Assembly: GCA_030390025.1 (NCBI GenBank)
Contig: CM059432.1
Location: forward strand, 63,986,001 to 64,050,000
Origin: Squalus acanthias
Taxonomy: Eukaryota
Direction of reading: 5' to 3'
Length of the DNA: 64,000 nt
Shown here: one piece after another, positions 60,461 through 64,000 of the stretch
Layout of the letters: every line of letters starts with the position of its first letter
How positions within the stretch are numbered: position 1 is the first letter of the stretch
Notes under the pieces: generated by a model
The model's database searches: none
Told to the model about the DNA's origin: nothing
What the model saw: the letters and a program-made list of their open reading frames with translations, nothing else
Translations under genes and position numbers: made by a program

Positions 60461-62342
60461 ATTATATTTGGTTCATTTTTTAATTTGCTTCAGTAACTAA
60501 GAAATTACCAAACTAGCTGGTTGTTGATTAAAAAGAATCTCAAAGACAGTATAGCTCCATGGGGTTGTGGGCCTGTTGTTAGGGTGATTTTATCAAAAAA
60601 AGAAGAAAGATTGATGAGATTGATTTCCTAGTAAAGTACATGAAAGCACTCGAGAGTGGGGTTATATTGGCTGCTCTAACATTGGGCAGACACCTTGTTT
60701 TATAATTTCTTTGCTTAATGATGGCTGTGAAGAATTTAGAAGAAACAAGGTATATAGTCTCAATCAAATTCCAAGTGGACAGGAGTTTATCGCACTAAGC
60801 CATTCTCGGATTCAGAGCAGCCGGTATTAATTCAGCAGTACTTAGAGAGACTGCACACATCTGCAATTAAAGATAATGAAAAGTCAAAATACAGTGAGAA
60901 GGAAATATACTTCCAAGGCTGCGATTAAGTATATTGCCAGAGAAATATAGGGAGCAGCTTGACGTGACACTGTTGTCACTCGTGATGCAATCCCTTGTAA
61001 GCAGGAACTGAAACTCCTAGTTAAGCATTGTTTGCTAAAGCATCCGGTAAACTATGGGAATGATATGACTTGCTTTTTGGGCTCAAGCAACATTTATTAA
61101 TTTAAATATTTTATGTTCCCTGCAATTAGTAGGAACATTTTTGCCAGCCATCTATGCTTGTTATAGTTGCGTCCACTGAATATAAAAAATAATGCCCATA
61201 GTATACCTGGGCTAGGAATGCCTAACTCTATTCTTTGCCATTGTTGTTCTTCACATGAATATGTAGTAATCCACATTAATGTGGAACTCTCCATTGTTAA
61301 GTCAGGTAATCGCCAGCTGATTTAAACATATGCCGACAGAGTTGTAGAACACATGGATTCCCATTAAAGGGCTTACTTGAAAATTGAAGACAGTGACAGC
61401 TCGCTAACTTTCTTTTATCATAGTAGAAAGGATTACTGGCCAAAATATTTAGACCTTTATATAAATTGTGTATGTCTTTTATTTAAATGTGTCACCTCTT
61501 AAAAAATCTCATATTTCAACCTAAACAAAATTGAAAATAACATTCATTTATGTTTTTTATTCAATTACTTTTGTCAGAAATGATTGACAGTAAATGTGAA
61601 CTGTAATGAGCCACAAACTAGCAGAGAAGCTCCTATAATACAAATAATTGGGAACATGTCAACTCAATTATTAGTCACTTCTGTTGCCTGACAACAGCAA
61701 TAATGTTGACCTCTAATAATGGAACTGACAACTTAGCATTGCTCTACAGAAATAAAACTGCCACTTCAACAATGCCAGGCACTTTGTGCATTCAATTTGC
61801 CCTTTACCTGTAGTTCAATAATTATTCTAGTATGTTTGTAGACAAGGCTTGACCTGTTAATACAAAGGACTGATTCTGAGTGGTTGAATGATGAGTCATG
61901 AAGCAGATGGTATGGGTAGGACTGGAACTATTAGCACTAAAGTCAACATAGGGCACTTGGAGGGAAAGAAGCCTTTTGTAACATTGTACATGGTGTATTG
62001 GCTTGCAGTCATGCATATTATAACATCTTACTTTGACTGTTTGCTCAGATGAAAACTGACGTTGAAAATCTGAGTGCAGATCGATAGTGTGGTTTGGGTA
62101 AGAGTATTTGATCATAGTGGGTGCAGGAGGCGTGAGTTAATTTCCTAAGGCTGAATGATGCCTTTATTTTAACATTTTTTCCCCCGACTAAATCACTGGA
62201 ATTTGAAATAATTAAGGATCAGTTTTTAATTGATTTTCATCAAAAAAAAATTGCCAACTCATGCAATTACTTGAAATATTGCAATATTTACCTCATGAGA
62301 TTTGGGTCTGTGCTCCTCTTTTAGCTGCACCTTGAATTACGT

Positions 62343-62985
62343 TGGTGTAGATTACCATGCAGATGGGAGTAAGATGGTGAGGTGGTATGTTTGCACTGCG
62401 TTCCCACCCCCACTATTTTTACTTAACCTGACTTCAGACACGAGAAGACCGCCCATCTAAGTGGAGCCGGGGCCTAATTTAAATGGCAGTGTTGCATCCC
62501 AAAATACCTTATTGGGACGCACACACCACTATAACAGACTACAACCCACATGTTCTCTGTCCCGCCAGCAAAAACTGGCAGCTGCAAGGATCCAGGCCCA
62601 GGTAAGTGGCTTTTAAATACATTATTAAATGTTCATTTTCGGCCAGGGTGACCAGGAGTGCGCCACCTGGCCACACAAGGATACCTTGGGCTTCCCTGCC
62701 CTGAGCTTCCCCCCCTTCCCCGATAACGAACTTCCCAAACTCCCTCCGCAAGTATATACCTACCCTGCTGGGGACTGTTTTCATTGGTCCCCGACGGTCG
62801 CCTAACACCCACACCCCCGTGCAATTTTGACTCCCATTCTCCGGCAGTGACGTGATTTCCGCTAGCTTCGAGCGGGAGCTAAAGTCGGGTAATTAAAAAA
62901 TTTCCTGGGCCTCACACTCCGGGGAAGACGGATGATTCGCCTCCCACTTCAGCCCCTGATTCTCGCCCAGAGTTAAAATCGGCCC
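62343..62985. mobile_element. Degenerate Harbinger-type MITE
   Basis: Right end GAGTTAAAATCGGCCC; body similar to 10259-10928. Confidence 0.55.
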
Positions 62986-63237
62986 TTTCCTTCTTTCTTC
63001 TTGGCCTCTCCTACATTTCTGGTGTCTTATCTTTATTATGTTCAGGCAGCCCCTAGCACTAGATAGCATTCAAAACTAATCATCTGAAGATAGCCTGGGT
63101 TTGAATCTTTCACCCACTGTGAAACAAGTACCCTGCCCCAAGGATCGTTCTAATCAGTCAGCACTGTGAGGTTTTCAGTTTCAATTTTGAATCCATTATC
63201 ATTTGGAGGATGTTAAATAAGTTATTTTAAACACAGA

Positions 63238-63876
63238 GGGGGAAAAATTGGGTCATGCCTCCTTTGGGGCGCTACTTTTAGTGCCCCGAAAAAGTTAGCA
63301 CTCCCGTGCCAGAAATTGAATGGTAGCACTCTTGGGGCGCTACCATTCAATATCACGACGCTACGTGCAACAGTGCCGCCGTAGTGGCATTACAGGCCTC
63401 CCTCCCCTGATTAAAGGGGAGGGGCCTAGCACAGTGCACACCGGGGCCCTGCTGGACCACTGGGGAGTGGGGTGCCGGCAAAAGAGCCCGGCACTCAAGA
63501 GGAGTGCCGGGCTGACCGATCGCGGCCGGCATCCTGCAGGAGGAGACGAAAGGGGACAGGTGCTGGCAGGCGGCCCCAAAAAAATGGCCAACCCGGCACC
63601 TGCACTTTAATTTGCGCTGCCGCGGCCGCAAACACGGCACCCTGACCCTGTCGGACATAGTGTCCAGCAGTAGGTCAGGGGGCGCAAGCAGGACTCTGCG
63701 CACGGCGATGACTTCATCGCCGGAGGCACAGCTACGCAGGACGCTACTGGCTACCGCCACCGTTAACCTCCCACTGAATTTAACGGGGGATGTTAGCGGC
63801 GCCGCACCCGGGCGCTAGGTGCTTTGTGCCCCGTTAGCACCCCATTGGGAGGCACAAAGCAACCCAATTTTTCCCC
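63238..63876. mobile_element. MITE related to 29130-29930
   Basis: GGGGGAAAAATTGGG / CCCAATTTTTCCCC termini; shared body in reverse orientation. Confidence 0.85.
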
Positions 63877-64000
63877 AAAACTGTTCACAAACTTTGGTAA
63901 AATAAATATTATTTGGGTCACAGTATTCAGATTTTATTTATTTGAAATGTTTTCATTATTAAAATCAGTAAAGCATTGTTTTTTTTCAAATACTATGTAA

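Noticed and set aside
60480..62340. Repeat-poor unique block with a possible exon (about 61146-61305) and small palindromes
   Set aside because: Could hold exons or conserved non-coding elements, but nothing can be supported without cross-species alignment.

Overview
Vertebrate nuclear DNA made mostly of nested transposable elements. The repeat repertoire suggests a cartilaginous fish such as a shark; that assignment is inference. No intact host gene is evident, only a tentative chain of small plus-strand exons. Retroelements: many CR1 LINE fragments, including a near-full-length copy (32447-37320, minus) with a zinc-finger/SGNH-esterase ORF1 and a 62-bp tandem-monomer 5' end; a 3.25-kb single-ORF (APE+RT) LINE with a tRNA-like head (43826-47076) and a matching SINE; L2 fragments; a 5'-inverted RTE; and two Penelope-derived families carrying minimal hammerhead ribozymes. 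DNA transposons: a large set of PIF/Harbinger elements and MITEs with 3-bp TSDs, one keeping a nearly intact 3-exon Myb/SANT gene. Most notable observations: two different Harbinger elements inserted at the same homologous codon of two CR1 copies, the tRNA-headed ORF1-less LINE, covarying hammerhead cores, and a foldback duplication that copied flanking DNA into a MITE. Coordinates were read by eye; ends of old fragments are approximate.
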